Assembly (NCBI GenBank): GCA_044892505.1 | Contig: CM097883.1 | Coordinates: 454,522,001 to 454,586,000, forward strand | Direction of reading: 5' to 3' | DNA: 64,000 nt | Source of the DNA: Schmidtea nova | Lineage: Eukaryota | Shown here: piece after piece, positions 22,622 through 35,529 of the stretch | Numbering within the stretch: position 1 is the first letter of the stretch | How the letters are laid out: every line of letters starts with the position of its first letter | Translations under genes and position numbers: made by a program | The notes under the pieces: model-generated | Told to the model about the DNA's origin: nothing | Databases searched by the model: none | What the model saw: only the letters and a program-made list of their open reading frames with translations

Positions 22622-24545
22622 TGGCGACCACGCCGAAAATCACAATGTCAATGCAGTTTCAAAATCAACAAAGTCGGTAATGGTAAAGTTACCAAAATCG
22701 GGCTAAGATAAGCTCACATTGAACATCAGACGATATGATAGACGACGATCAAAAGAAACAGAAGAATGCTACAAGGACATAGAAAAATAACTGTTAACAA
22801 ATGGAGAGTGATTGACAAGCACCTTCGATGTGTTATAAGTAGCAGAAACTAAGACATTATCGGGAAACTTCAGAGGAACAGAAACCACAGATGTGAAAAC
22901 CAAAACTTAGTTCTTAAATACGTTCACAATTACGAAATCAATACCTGTCAAAATCAGAGAATTGTCAGATCTGGAACAAGAAGATGATGAAAGCTTTGTA
23001 GCTTTTGAGAAACGATTAAGAAAACCTTTAGCTAAAGTTATTGGTTCAGGACGATCAGAAGAAGATATCGTTTGAGATCTCATAGCAAATAAAGCACGCG
23101 ATGCAAGACTGAGGGAGATATTATTGACGAAACCAGAAAAAAATTGAAGAAATTAGATCATTGGCGAAGATTTTTGAGAGCAACGAAAATGAAAGCAATA
23201 AAACTGAATTTTTTAAAACAATCAGTCAAAGAACATATGCAAGCGTGACTGAGGAGGGGCAGATGAGAATTAAACAGAATACTCAAGATAACAGACCTAC
23301 ATCATCACAAAGAAAACTGTCATAAAAGCCAATTAATCATCACAAATCAAGAAGAGAGATACATTTATACATGAATCAATACAATACGAAGAAAATACTC
23401 ACGATCAACGAGAACAATTTCCTAGAGAATAATGTTTGAGAAACGTGAGAATCTCATATGGCTCAGAAAGGAAACTGACAACAACCTTCTTTTTCCAAGA
23501 AGGCTTTTTAATAAATGAAGAGGACTACCACAAGCAAGGGATTTTTTTGCTGTGGCGAAAAAAGATAAAGAAGATATGAGTGCCCACTATGAAATAAATG
23601 CATGATATATGTGGCAAGGAGGGACGTGAATTCTGAGATTGGTTTTCGTTACGGAAAGAGGTTCCACGTCGATATCAAAGAAAAACGTGCATAGAAGAAG
23701 AAGATTTCAAATCTGAAAGAAGAGATTACACCGAGAACTGCCAGGAATTCAGAATGACTCATTGCGATATGGAAGATAGATACAATGTTCCTGAGAAATA
23801 TACTACATTAAAAGAAGACGGAAAAAATATCAGTGACTCCATAGGTTTCATTTCGTCGGTTGAGTCAAGACAATAAATTATGAAAGAAGAAATAAACGAA
23901 GAAGATACGAGGCAGAAGAAGAGATCTATTAGGCGAAAGATGGCAGAAGTTGGAGAAAATGGACAAACTAGACCTTCAACGTAGTACTATATTATTATGC
24001 GAGGTGTTTTCAACTGAATGTGAAAATGCAATGGGATATATGAATATACTGGCCACATGGAATCAGAAGACCAAACTTATCACAGTCATGGTTGTTAAAG
24101 AGTTCAAGGCCGAATTCATAGGGGTGTTGATACATTGAAAGAGTTTGGAGTAAAGTTAAAGAAGATCAATAATATAGAGACTTCATTTATAAACAAAATC
24201 CACACAGATGAAGAAAGAATTAATAAAACACTAATGGCGAGGGCAAGTGAGAATAATAAAGATATTGAAGGAATGATCAGGAAATACGGCTGAATCTTTA
24301 TCGCCTTGAAATTTTATCTAGGATTTACAAATTTAGTTCAACATGAGATGCGGATAACAGGAGGCCCAATAATGCAACATCCTCGACGTCAACCAATGCA
24401 TGGAGAGAAAATGTTTGAAGAGCTGATAAACGTGTTTATTAAAGCAAATGTTATTCGGTGTTCCAAGAGTCCTTGGAATGGCCCGTTAGTGATAGTAGGG
24501 AAGAAATATGGATTTATCAGGATGTGTATAGACTATCGTGGATTG
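22622..24545 (+). mobile_element. Degenerate Gypsy internal region: PBS-like site, gag with zinc-knuckle remnant, RT N-terminus
   Basis: TGGCGACCACG at 22622; EDDESFVAFEKRLRK; ICGKEG; GFTNLVQHEMRIT..QHPRR..SKSPWNGPLVIVGKK..RMCIDYRGL. Confidence 0.85.
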
Positions 24546-25299
24546 CCTAATCCAATGCCTAATACCAAATTCCTCAATTCGCTTTCCCAGTCGCAATTCA
24601 AATGGCTGGATTATACAATATGTTGTGTACAACCTAGTCACTGAGATGGTTGAGATAGTAGTATATTTGGTTCAGATTTAATATTTTCAATTGTTTATAT
24701 TATAACCTTTTATTTGTGTTGTGGAGGAATTGTAGAGTTCAGTAGAGTCTCCAGCAGGTGAATGCTGTATTCTTTTTTATGTTTGCGTGCGTGTGTGTGT
24801 TTGTAAGACTGTGATAATTAACAGATAACCAATTAACCAATTTTTATAATAATTTTATTTAAACAATTATAACCACAAGATAAAAAATATTTACTAACAA
24901 CTCTTCAATTTGTCCAATAATCATTAAATCAGTCATATAATTTTTCTTTAGTACGTAAAAGTTTCCTCTTTTTTCCTTTATTGTAGCTTCTTCTGTTTTC
25001 TTGGATATTTTCAATTCGTTTCAATTCTCTCTCGGTTTAATTCTTAATTTTTTGTAATTATTATTACATTTTGTAGTTTCTTTGGTTATCTTTTTAATTC
25101 TCTAATCAACTTTCTTATATTCTTTTGGCTTGGGTAATTTTTATCTAATCCAGCCGATGATATTGCTCAAATCTCTAGCGGTAAGAATTTTATTTATTTC
25201 ACCTGTGATTATTTTCCCTTCACTATAACATTTGAGCATGTGATGACTCATTTTCTTTGACTCCAGTGCGCACACTTCGTCCTACTAACGAAGTTTATA

Positions 25300-26230
25300 A
25301 TCATCGATTGAAAACGCTCTAACCCTTGAGTACAGAAAAGACGGTCAGTCTTCTTCAAGGTATGTGGCATTTTGCCCATGACATTTGAAATATAAAACGA
25401 GTATAGAATAAATACTAAAAGTAAAAATAAGAATCGTCAACAATCACATCAGTTAATTAACTTAAATTGTAAAAATTGAAGCAAACACAATCACAAAATT
25501 CTCACACTCTCATATTCACAAACATCAATATGATTGGAAACAACGGATAATCCCATTGAATTTTTAAATCCAATTCAATCCCATTCATCAACATCACTTG
25601 TCTCAATTTTATACCAGTAAGAAAAACATTGTACAGATATTAATAGATTCAATGACTTGGCAAAACCACAAAATACATAGAAAACGAACCAAAATAAACG
25701 TTGAAGAATTTCAAACCAAAAAAAATAAAAAAGGAAGTCATAATAATTTCAGATAGTTCTGAAGATGAAACGGTGACAATTATATCACAAAACTTGCAAG
25801 GGAATCAAGACAATATTATAGGTGATCACTCAAACCGACTGATTGGTGGTTAATTTGAACAAAAAGCAAGAATAATACAAGACCCCGATATCGAGTATGA
25901 CTTATATCGTAGTCATCAAATTATTAAAATAGATGTATCAAGCAACAATCATAATTACATATGCTTACCCGCATCAATAATACAAAAATAAACAAAGCTA
26001 TACAAAAATTGGGACAAGTCAAAATTAATTTCGGAATAAGTGTTGAATTTACAAAGGATGTTGAAATTGAATTACGTCGCATATCAAATAGTGCCATAAT
26101 TCCGAGCCTGTTATTTTTAGATGAAGGAATAAAATCATTAAATGAAAAAATTATTAGACTATTAGATTATTTTGGAAGGAAAATCTTGAAATTTTTTCTA
26201 AATCAGAATTAAATATTAAGTGACAAAACA
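25300..26230 (+). mobile_element. Polinton/Maverick-like fragment (N-terminal region of pPolB-type ORF); second copy at about 63090-64000
   Basis: QKLGQVKINFGISVEFTK..ISNSA..DEGIKSLNEKIIRLLDY.EGKS(*/W)NF resembles the region before the EGSGW motif. A diverged paralogue of 25300-25450 lies at 26755-26905. Confidence 0.5.
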
Positions 26231-26339
26231 CTTTGTGACTTACATAACATTTTAAGTACAATCAATCTGCAAGATTAATAAAGACAGTGTAAAGATAAGC
26301 AAAGAGTAGTCTAGAAATTTCATAATTAATTTGATTCTA

Positions 26340-26377
26340 ATAATAATAATACTGATACTACTAATACTAATACTAAT

Positions 26378-26425
<48 letters not shown>
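26340..26425. repeat. (TAA/TAC)n microsatellite
   Basis: Direct reading; it produces the poly-Ile ORFs in the track. Confidence 0.95.
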
Positions 26426-26911
26426 TAAAAACAAACGCCAATCCAAATATATATTTTGCACAATATATTTCGAGAACTTAATTCTCTTCATCAGGTGCTA
26501 CTTAATCTTACATTCAACTATAAATCAAATAAATCGATTTTTCAAACAAATTAATATTAATTTTTAAAATAAAATATATATTATAAATCTTATATATCAG
26601 TCAAAAAATTTAAAACAATTAAAAATTTTTTAATTTAAATAAATTAATCTTAAAAATATAATATACTTTTTATTACAAAAAAAATATTTTTTTAAAGAAT
26701 ATATTATAATATATTTCCATATTTATAAACAACAGAATGACTGAAAACAAAATCCACAATCCTCAATTGAAAATGTTCTAAAACTCGAGTACAGAAAAGA
26801 CGGTCAGTCTTGTCCAAAGTATGTTACATTTCGCCCATGACGTTTGAAAAATTAAACGAGTATAGAACACAAATCAAAAGAAGAAAATAAATATCATCAA
26901 CAATCTTCAAG

Positions 26912-27616
26912 CGGAAAGTTTCTGCAGTTAGAAAAATTAATGCCATTCAAGATATATTTCAAATTTTGTGGACACAAATAAGGATAATTTTTGATGTTAT
27001 AAACGAAATTAGTTTAAAAAATCTAAGAATACCAATGTCATTTTAATGAAACTGTTTATTTTGATTATATTGTCTTTTTCCGTTTATGCAGAATTTGGCT
27101 TTAAATTGAAAACATCATGGATTTTAATCACGAAGGATGTTTTGCTGGATAAAAGGCGCAGAAGAATGTTAGATGGATAATATTACCTTCAGCATGACAA
27201 TGCTAAGCCACATACCGCTCATCTAACTCAGACGAAGCGGGCTGAACTTCATCTCAACGTCGTACCACATCCACCTTACTCACCTGATCTAGCCCCATCA
27301 GACTTCTACCTCTTCTCCCCATTCAAATCAGCTCTACATGGCAAGACATTCAACGCACACAAGATGTTCAAGTGCAGCTAGAGTCGTGGATAGAGAATAA
27401 AAATGAAAATTTCTTCGCAGCTGGCATTAACAAGCTCCATGCACGTTGGCAACGTTGCATCCAGCATGGTGGAAACTATTTTGAGTTCCTCGATGATATG
27501 AATTTGCTTCATAAAATTATTTGTCTTTGTTAAATATATATTCATTGATCAATGTGACTGCAGAAACTTGAATGGCATTAATTTTTCTAACTGCAGAAAC
27601 TTTCCGGTCAAACCTA
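26912..27616 (+). mobile_element. Internally deleted mariner (DD34D) element
   Basis: Inverted repeats GGAAAGTTTCTGCAGTTAGAAAAATTAATGCCATTCAAG at both ends (left one clipped, right one ends AAACC-TA). QHDNAKPHTA, HPPYSPDLAPSDFYLF, GINKL..RWQRCI..GGNYFE. Confidence 0.95.
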
Positions 27617-27654
27617 TATGTGAGTCACAAAGTGCATTGTCACTTAATTTTTTA

Positions 27655-27875
27655 TTCTGACCTTAAAAATATTTGACCTACTTATTTTAACCTCATCGTG
27701 ATCTGAAATCTACCTACTTAATTCTGACAGAAAAATTTGAATATTAATATTGACTTACTTATTTTTTAAATTTATATCTGACCTATTTTATTTGACCTCG
27801 AATTTACCTTAAGAGTTACCTCAAATTGTCCTTAATCAGACCTTGACCTACTTTTTGATCTTAAAGTGACCTTGA
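27655..27875. repeat. Cluster of degenerate TGACCT motifs
   Basis: About 8-10 TGACCT/TTACCT/TGACTT-like words in 220 bp. Confidence 0.7.
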
Positions 27876-27879
27876 AGAA

Positions 27880-28193
27880 ATAAAAGTTAAACGAATTAAA
27901 ATGAAAAATTAAGCGAGTAAAGGGAAAGTTAAAATAAAATTTATCCTACTCAGCGTACGAGAAGGGGTGATCCTCCATTTAGAGACTTAGCCCCACGCTC
28001 AATCTGAAAGCAGTTTAAAAGTTATAGTGAATTTTTATTACAGAATTGTAGTTGTCAGAAATCGTATCAAAGATTTGTAATAACTGTAATTTCAAATAAA
28101 ATTTTCTGAATTGAGTTATTTTCATGAATCAATTATAAGAACACCAAGAAGTCAGATAAATAGTATCGACTTAAATTAAATAAATACCCAACA
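27880..28193 (+). mobile_element. Partial solo LTR related to 30652-31138
   Basis: Diverged alignment to the reverse complement of 30652-30950 (CACGCTCAATC, GTTGTCAGAAAT, AAGAACACCAAGAAG, TAAATAAATAC.CAACA); no PBS follows. Confidence 0.75.
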
Positions 28194-28313
28194 CTATCGA
28201 GTCATACAATTTTATAGTTTTATTCTTTATATTTTATTTACGAGAACCAGAAGTGAAAGAATAATTTTAAATATTTTAAAAATTTCTCTTTATCATCTAA
28301 TTAATTAATGAAT

Positions 28314-28625
28314 NNNNNNNNNNNNNNNNNNNNNNNNNNNNNNNNNNNNNNNNNNNNNNNNNNNNNNNNNNNNNNNNNNNNNNNNNNNNNNNNNNNNNNN
28401 NNNNNNNNNNNNNNNNNNNNNNNNNNNNNNNNNNNNNNNNNNNNNNNNNNNNNNNNNNNNNNNNNNNNNNNNNNNNNNNNNNNNNNNNNNNNNNNNNNNN
28501 NNNNNNNNNNNNNNNNNNNNNNNNNNNNNNNNNNNNNNNNNNNNNNNNNNNNNNNNNNNNNNNNNNNNNNNNNNNNNNNNNNNNNNNNNNNNNNNNNNNN
28601 NNNNNNNNNNNNNNNNNNNNNNNNN
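28314..28625. other. Assembly gap (312 N)
   Basis: N run. Confidence 0.99.
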
Positions 28626-28839
28626 AACTTTACAATTGATTTGCGAGTCACTAAATAAATCCATAAAATTATCTGTTTGTATTCTATCATTTTGAAATTT
28701 AATCTATCTGTTTAATATTGGTTTTAAAAAATTTATCGACATATCTCAGGCATGATCTAGCCATATGTCCATAAGTTTTACAGGAATGACATTAGATTTG
28801 GCCTTAAATGTTCACTCCATTTCTTTGGTGAAGATTTCG

Positions 28840-31138
28840 ATTTAGCGAAAAGATTCTGTGAAATACGTCCTTTTCCCGCAATTGTAGCATTGCACATTAT
28901 CATTGGTTTGTTGGTCCTTAATATTTTATTTATTAAATTCTTTCTCACTAATACCCCTCAGTCATTCTGGTCACATTCGTTTTTGGCTTTGTTGCACATT
29001 ATTTCTAGACCAGCATTGATTGCCACTGTGTCCCATCTTTTGACAATCATCACATTGAATTATAATTGGGCTTTTTTGAGATCGATTCTTGAACCAACTT
29101 CAATTAACCTGATGTCCCATACGTTGACAATGATTACAATGAATTGCCTGCTTTTTTTCATCAATTAGAACAATTGTTGGTTTTTTGACTCGAATTTTGA
29201 TCTAAATTTTGGTGATTGACTACTTGAGTGCTGAAGCCGATTGTTTCTGACTCGAGTTATGGATCTTTCTCTTGGTTCATTAATGATAGCAAGCGATTCT
29301 GATTTCAAATATTACTTTTTAAAATAAACTCGATTTTTATAGCCTTTTTGAATAATTCATCAAAAATATTGAAATTCACATAACATAAGGTGTTTTTAAT
29401 TTCATTTTTTACTCCCATTAAAAACTGATCTTGTAATAATTCCTTTACCTACTTTGCCTCTTCAATCTGTTCTGGTTTTACTTCAAATGTCTTTTTTGCA
29501 AACGATGTCAAAGGGTACGCTAATTCACTTACCGATTTGTTCGATATTTGCACTCGATTACAAAATTTCTGCCGCATTATCCGTTTATATCTTCTCCAAA
29601 TCACTTAGCGGCCAGTAGTATATAAACCACCCACACCCAGCACAGACCACCCCCAAACAGGCCAACACCTCTATAAAAACTAAAAAAACTGAAAAAACTG
29701 ATAATATAAAACTGAAAATTATATATAAAACTAATATAATATATATATAAAACTAATATAAAACTAATATAAAACTAATAATTACATGTTTCAAGTTTAT
29801 GGTTGATCAAGAATAAATGGTAAAAAATGTACTAGTCAAAATAGGGCGCTGGGTGGGTTATATACTACTGCGGCCAAAAAATCTTATAGTTGCGTCCAGT
29901 CACTGGAAATTCACCTTTTGCTTCTTTGTTGCCAGGCTTCTCTTGCTGCTCCTATAAATACAGTAATAGCCTTTGTACTATTGTCGCTTGGCTCCATCCA
30001 TAGGCTGTATCGTACATATAGTGATCTGCCATAAAGTCGACAAATTCCACCGGATCGCCTCCATATTGATTGATTGGTAATTTTTTGTAACTAGCATAGT
30101 CATTGCCATTTCATGTGGTCCTTGTGGACATGAGTGTATCATCATGACTGTTTGAATTGCTCATTTTTTTCTTGTTTCTTGTTATTTCTCAATTCGATGA
30201 ATGGTCGGGTTGGTACACCTTTAACTCTTCTAAATTTTATTATATCAATTATAAAATGTTACCTTTTGCTCTAATTTCTGACCACAACTTTATTTAAATA
30301 ACTTTTAAACTTTTAGAATAATTTACTTTTGCGTTTTTATCAATAGTTATTCAATTTGTTCTCTTTCTGCTAACTATGCTCAGGTCGGAATAAAATTTTT
30401 CAATCAATCTTTGACTTTTAATTTTTCGGTAAAATTTCACCCACTTTTAATCACTTTGCAAAATTTTAAACTTTTAATTTTCACAATTCACCAACTTGGA
30501 TTACGTTTGAAGTAAATAATAACTTTAAATTTCTTTTCCACAAATTTCACCGATTTTTATCAAGTAAACTTTTAATATTCTCTTTTCGACAAATTTAACA
30601 AAAACTTTTTAATTCCTTTCACCGTCTTTGATCACGTCGGGTTCACCAAAATGTTGAGTATTTATTTAATTAAAGTCGGTACTATTTATATAACTTCTTG
30701 GTGTTCTTAAGATTGTTTCACGAAAATAATCCAAAACAGAAAAAATTATTCGAAATTAGAATTAACACAAATCTTTGATACAATTTCTGACAACAACAAG
30801 TCTCTGTAATAAAAATTCACAATAACATTTGAACTGCTTTCCGATTGAGCGTGAGTATGTCTCCCAATATAAGATCTCCCTTTCTGATAAGCTATTAGGA
30901 ATAAATTCAACTTTTGACTCGTTTAATGTTTTCTTTCTGATACGTTTAAATTGTCTTCTCTTTGAAAATTCTTTACTCACCTTTTTGTCTTTGACCAATC
31001 CGGCAAATTCTGAGATTTTTTCCCCGTTTATTATTGCTCGTTTTAATGAATTTTCCCTACCAAGCTTTCCCAATTGACATTTCTTAATTATTTGAATTAA
31101 AAATAAAACATAAATTATCCTCATGTTTCCTTTTAACA
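28840..31138 (-). mobile_element. Gypsy 5' LTR (31138-30652), tRNA-Trp PBS (30648-30631) and degenerate gag with three CCHC knuckles
   Basis: LTR TGTT..CAACA; PBS TGGTGAACCCGACGTGAT (one mismatch to the eukaryotic tRNA-Trp 3' end). YGGDPVEF..YGWS..RLLLYL..AREAW; QDQFLMG; CNHCQRMGH, CDDCQKMGH, CYNCGK. Confidence 0.85.
29613..29870. mobile_element. 258-bp MITE inserted in gag, 4-bp TSD CGGC
   Basis: TIR CAGTAGTATATAA (13 bp perfect, imperfect to about 25 bp); CGGC at 29609-29612 and 29871-29874; internal AAAACTAATAT repeats. Confidence 0.85.
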
Positions 31139-31620
31139 TCAATTTTCTCAGGTCTAATTATCTCGTCCGGGCTTCGAACACTACCCGGGTTTCCCATTAG
31201 CCAATTAATTAAGGTTTATATTGTCTGAAAATTGTTATTTTGTGAATCAGATAAAGCACGCTTTGGAGTCAGAGAATTAATTTGTAAATTTCAAATTTCA
31301 CCAACAACCTAGAACATTTAAATCAAAATTTTGCACTCGTTTACATAACCACAACAACTTGCATTGTTCAATGTTTTCAATTGATGATAAATCACATTTG
31401 TTGTTGATTTCTATTCATTTCATTTCAACAATTATTTCCTACGTTTTGTTGCGTTCTTTTATTTAGTCTTTCCAAAGTCGGAAAACTGAACCTTACAAGT
31501 CAGTGATTTTATTTGGTGTTTGAAATTGACGGATATTTTTTTTCTCCATTAAGGTCTCCACTTATGAATACAAAATTAGCATAACCCTTCAAATTAAAAA
31601 AAACTGTTTCAACAATTAAA

Positions 31621-31721
31621 TATTAATATCAATATTTCTCATAATGGTAAGACTATAGATCAAAATCTTTTAACAAGTACACAATATAGTCTTACCGTTA
31701 TGAGAAATATTGATATTAATA
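31621..31721. repeat. Long inverted repeat (37-bp arms, 27-nt spacer)
   Basis: 31621-31657 is the reverse complement of 31685-31721 with one mismatch. Confidence 0.95.
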
Positions 31722-32099
31722 CTAAAAAAAGATCAAAGGTGAAACAAAAAATTAATTATGACAACAATTAAATGACAAGATTTATCACCATATTTTTATC
31801 TAGCACAATTTAAGCACCTGTTCTCTTATTTTTAAGCCATTTTGCAGTTATATATTTACATATTGAACAAATTTAGTTGACAAATTTTCGGTTCATTTAC
31901 TTTTTCATTAGAATAATCATTTTTTTCAATTACCAAACCTCCGATAATAACATAAAATCCGCGTTTGAAAACAAAATTACAACCAAAATTCAACAAAGCG
32001 ACAATTCACAAAAACAGAACCACACATAAAAACAAAAGTTTTTATTGCTATTTTAAATCTGCATTTTTTTCACAATTTTTCTGATTATTTTTGTGTTTT

Positions 32100-33250
32100 T
32101 TAACCCTATTTTGTACACTGATCGTTTACCGTCTTTCAACTTGTGTGCGAAAATGGTGCTTCTGGTGGTTTTGTGAATGTTAATGTTGGCAATAATGCTG
32201 GTAGTTCTGAGAATGATGTTTTTGTTGTTGGTGGTGTTGGTGTTTGTGTTGTGCGGGGTGTGCCGAGTGGTGTAGTGAGTGGAGCTGTGCGAGGTAATTG
32301 TCGTGTCTGGAGAGTTGCGGTCATGTCTGAAATGGTGTTTGCTGGTTGAGTTGATATTGTGTGCGTTGGACGTGGTTTGCTTTGAGAAAGATTGTTCACT
32401 GGCACGAAGTCATCGGAGCGTCCAAGAATATCTGATGACTCGATTAGTTTTTTGCATCATGGTGACTGCTCGTGTGCCATGTAAATCCTTCGAGGCATGA
32501 TTTGGCCTCGTTCTTGAAAAGGTTATGGTGAATGCACATTGGAATGATTGGGTTATGACGCGTAAGGAATTCGGAAGTGCAAACGATGCAGCATTTCTGT
32601 GCATGTTGTCTAAATCTGTTATGGTTAAAGCAGATTAGTTGTGGACCATTATTGGGTTGTATGTTTTATGTGTGTGTTCTTGGTGATTGGTTCGGATGTT
32701 GTACGTTATGCAAAGGCGGCGTGTGGTTGGCATATCTTTCGACGTTGCGAGCGTAGTGGTTTTCCTGGTGTATTTGTTGCGTTGACGATGGGAGATAGTG
32801 GTGGTAGTGTGTAATTATCGGTGCGCGGTTTATAAGGTTTATATGCGATCGGCTATTTTAGCAAGATGGTACGGGTCTTCAGAGTCTACCAATGCTAGGG
32901 AGGTCTGTAAATGGTATGGAAGTGCGGAAAGAAATTGGTATTTTAAGAGCTATGAGTTTTTGGAAAGATCAGGTATGGTGGTGTCTTTGGAGCGAGCAAT
33001 TTGCGCTAAGAAAATGCTGGGTTGTTGTCTAGCGTAATTTTGTGGTGCTAAAAGGGCAAGCTCGGCTATCAACTCAGAGATTAGGCTGTCAAGTAGGTAG
33101 TCTGCACGTGATTTCGGGAAGGAAGATGTACGCGACTCAAAAATGCGGAACCACGATGAGAGTATACCGTCGGGATCCAAAAAAACAAAATTGGACTGGA
33201 AGCGGGTGAGGAAATTGGTTCTGTTTGAGGTCGGACGCCTCCAAGAATAC
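32100..33250 (-). mobile_element. Degenerate non-LTR (LINE) ORF1-like region
   Basis: Decayed knuckle PQLICFNHNRFRQHAQKCCIVC followed by a Pro/Thr-rich tail; frameshifted; no ORF2 seen. Confidence 0.5.
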
Positions 33251-34799
33251 ATAAATGGACGTCTACGATCGAGTTTAGATTGATTTCAGAGGTTGTAGCG
33301 ATGCGAAAACCGTTGGTCGATAAACAAAACGATGTGTTGTATATGTGGTGAAATGTCATGTTAGGATCCTTGAAACTGTAATTCTGACTACAAGAGAAAT
33401 CGGCAGTAAAGGTTTTTCTGTAGGGTGCATGATCAGGTGTTCTGACACCATTTTTAGTGAACGCAACTAAATCAAAAATTGATAAAACGAGATATAAAAT
33501 ATATTTCATTAAAATATTCATTTTTAAACTATTATGAAACTTGTAGGATTTAAAACTGCTTCCAGAATTATTGATTTAAATTTCTTCTTTTAATACTGCT
33601 TTGAAAATTATTGCTTTTAAGTATACAGTGCTTAACAAATGGCTTGCTTTTTCGAACTTCTATTTTAAACTACTCTCCTTTTCTCTTCTTTAAAACAAAT
33701 CCCCTTTTTTAAACAACCACTATATATTGATATTTTATTTTAATCTATATATAATGAGATATAATTAAAAAATTTATATTTAATTAAATTTTAGTTGACT
33801 TTTAACATATAAATAATAGATAAATGAGGGAGTAACTACAGTCATGATAGTGTAATTGTGAAACCTGCTGTCATTTCAATAAAGGTTACTGTTGTTAATT
33901 GTTATTTTATTGATAATTAAAGCACGCTTTGGAGTCAGAGATATGATTGGTAACTTTTAAATTTCACCAACAACAAATTAACAGAGAAAGTAACAACCAA
34001 TCGGTAACATATTACAAAATAAATATTATTGTTCCGAAGAATTAAAAATTATCTTATCCAATCTTTGATTACAGATTTATTACAGTTTCCATGTAAAATA
34101 ACTCAAAACTTCCAATTGATATAAAATTTAAAAAATTTTTTATTCTGTTGATATTACGGGTCAACTTGAAAGCCTAAATGCATTATTCTCCCTTCAAAAT
34201 GAACATCAATCTTTAACTAGGCCATTTACTAGAATTGTTATATAAAATTATCTTATTTGTAATTGATAAAGCGTAATCATTTTTAATATTTAATTTAGAG
34301 TTTTGGATTATTTTGTTTAATTGCATCAATATACGCAAACTTGTTCGCAATTTTTATGTTAAAATTTATAATTTTTCATAATATTTTTATTTATTTCTAC
34401 TAATTATGATTAAATGATAAATTTATACATTTCCCCTGATTATGATTAGTTATTAAACGCCTCATTAATTGCTACAATGAAAGCAAATTCCGTGTAAAGT
34501 CAAAGTTTACCGCGGTTCGCTAAGTTTGCATTTCCCATAGTTTATATTTATCTCATTATAATATATCCCATGGGAACCGTGGATAAATTCCCCTGGTGCC
34601 TTAAATATTATTTTATAGAGCACACGGGTGAATGAATTAATCAATTGAATCAATCGGGTTATATATTGCAAGGGGAGCTCTTATTGGTTGAATGCTGGTG
34701 CAAGAGCTGCTGAATTATTATTGCCAGATCTAATGGCAATATTGGATGGGAGCTTGCTACTTCTAATAATATAAATATGAACAGATTTATTGATAATAA

Positions 34800-35270
34800 T
34801 CACAATTGGATGTCCACTGTACATTTTATATAGATTTCATCATTAATGGTCAGATCTGGATTGGCGGATAATTTTGATTGGCTTATAAATTTGTCATAGC
34901 CAATTCCATTATTTATATCTGTCGGTTGGATAAGTGCTTCACTATTGGGATATACTGCACATATAGCAGTCCTACTGACATGCGCCAGCCGCGTGCGCTG
35001 ATTGACCAATGCAAATGTGATGGAATGCCTGAATGGCCATCCCAAAATCCCATCACACGGGCCCTTCCTCAAGCAGAAGTACACAGATAAATGCATGCCC
35101 TTGCCACTGCCATCAGGATGCACACGTAAACACATTTTATAACCGTTTCTATGCGTGAGAAATGATTCGCTATAAATGATTGTGTTTCTTCCATTTCTTG
35201 CATCTGCCATTTTATCACTGAATTTGTCGAGCTTCCAAATAAATTCTCCATAATTCAGATTACTGTGCAC
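34800..35270 (-). pseudogene. TRAF: Second TRAF MATH-domain paralogue (last exon and 3' flank; no clear ATG or upstream exons)
   Basis: 156-codon open frame closely similar to the 36301-36780 MATH. The block 34597-35258 is homologous to 36097-36770 including the 3' flank. Confidence 0.8.
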
Positions 35271-35529
35271 CCGAGTTATTGGTTCATAAAATATACAAGC
35301 TTACTGGAATCAATATCGAACAATTGCTTAAGATTCACTATGATATGGTTCTCGGATCAAATGCTAAATGCGTTGAAAATTGTATAGTTTGCGAAGATTC
35401 AATGAGATTATCCTGTGTAAACGGATGTGCATGCTGTCACGATTTTAAGAGATCATTCGGTGCATATTTTAATGTCCGAAATGCGTAAAGCATATTATAA
35501 CGACATTTACAATTTATAATAAAGTTTTG

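Larger units (their letters stand above)
1..26209. repeat. Tandem segmental duplication, copy 1 (period about 37.8 kb)
   Basis: Sequence from position 1 recurs at 37811. The offset is 37810, then 37799, 37811, 37789 and 37791 after small indels. By eye I found only 6 substitutions, an 11-bp indel, one extra 12-mer unit, a gap-length difference and a 2-bp indel. Confidence 0.99.

Noticed and set aside
26252-26567. Poly-Ile ORFs on both strands
   Set aside because: Products of the (TAA)n microsatellite.
21796-28690. ORFs containing X runs
   Set aside because: Artefacts of the two N gaps.
31160-31200. Short 5S-rRNA/tRNA-like GC hairpin
   Set aside because: Only about 15 nt of loose similarity; no internal control boxes or cloverleaf.
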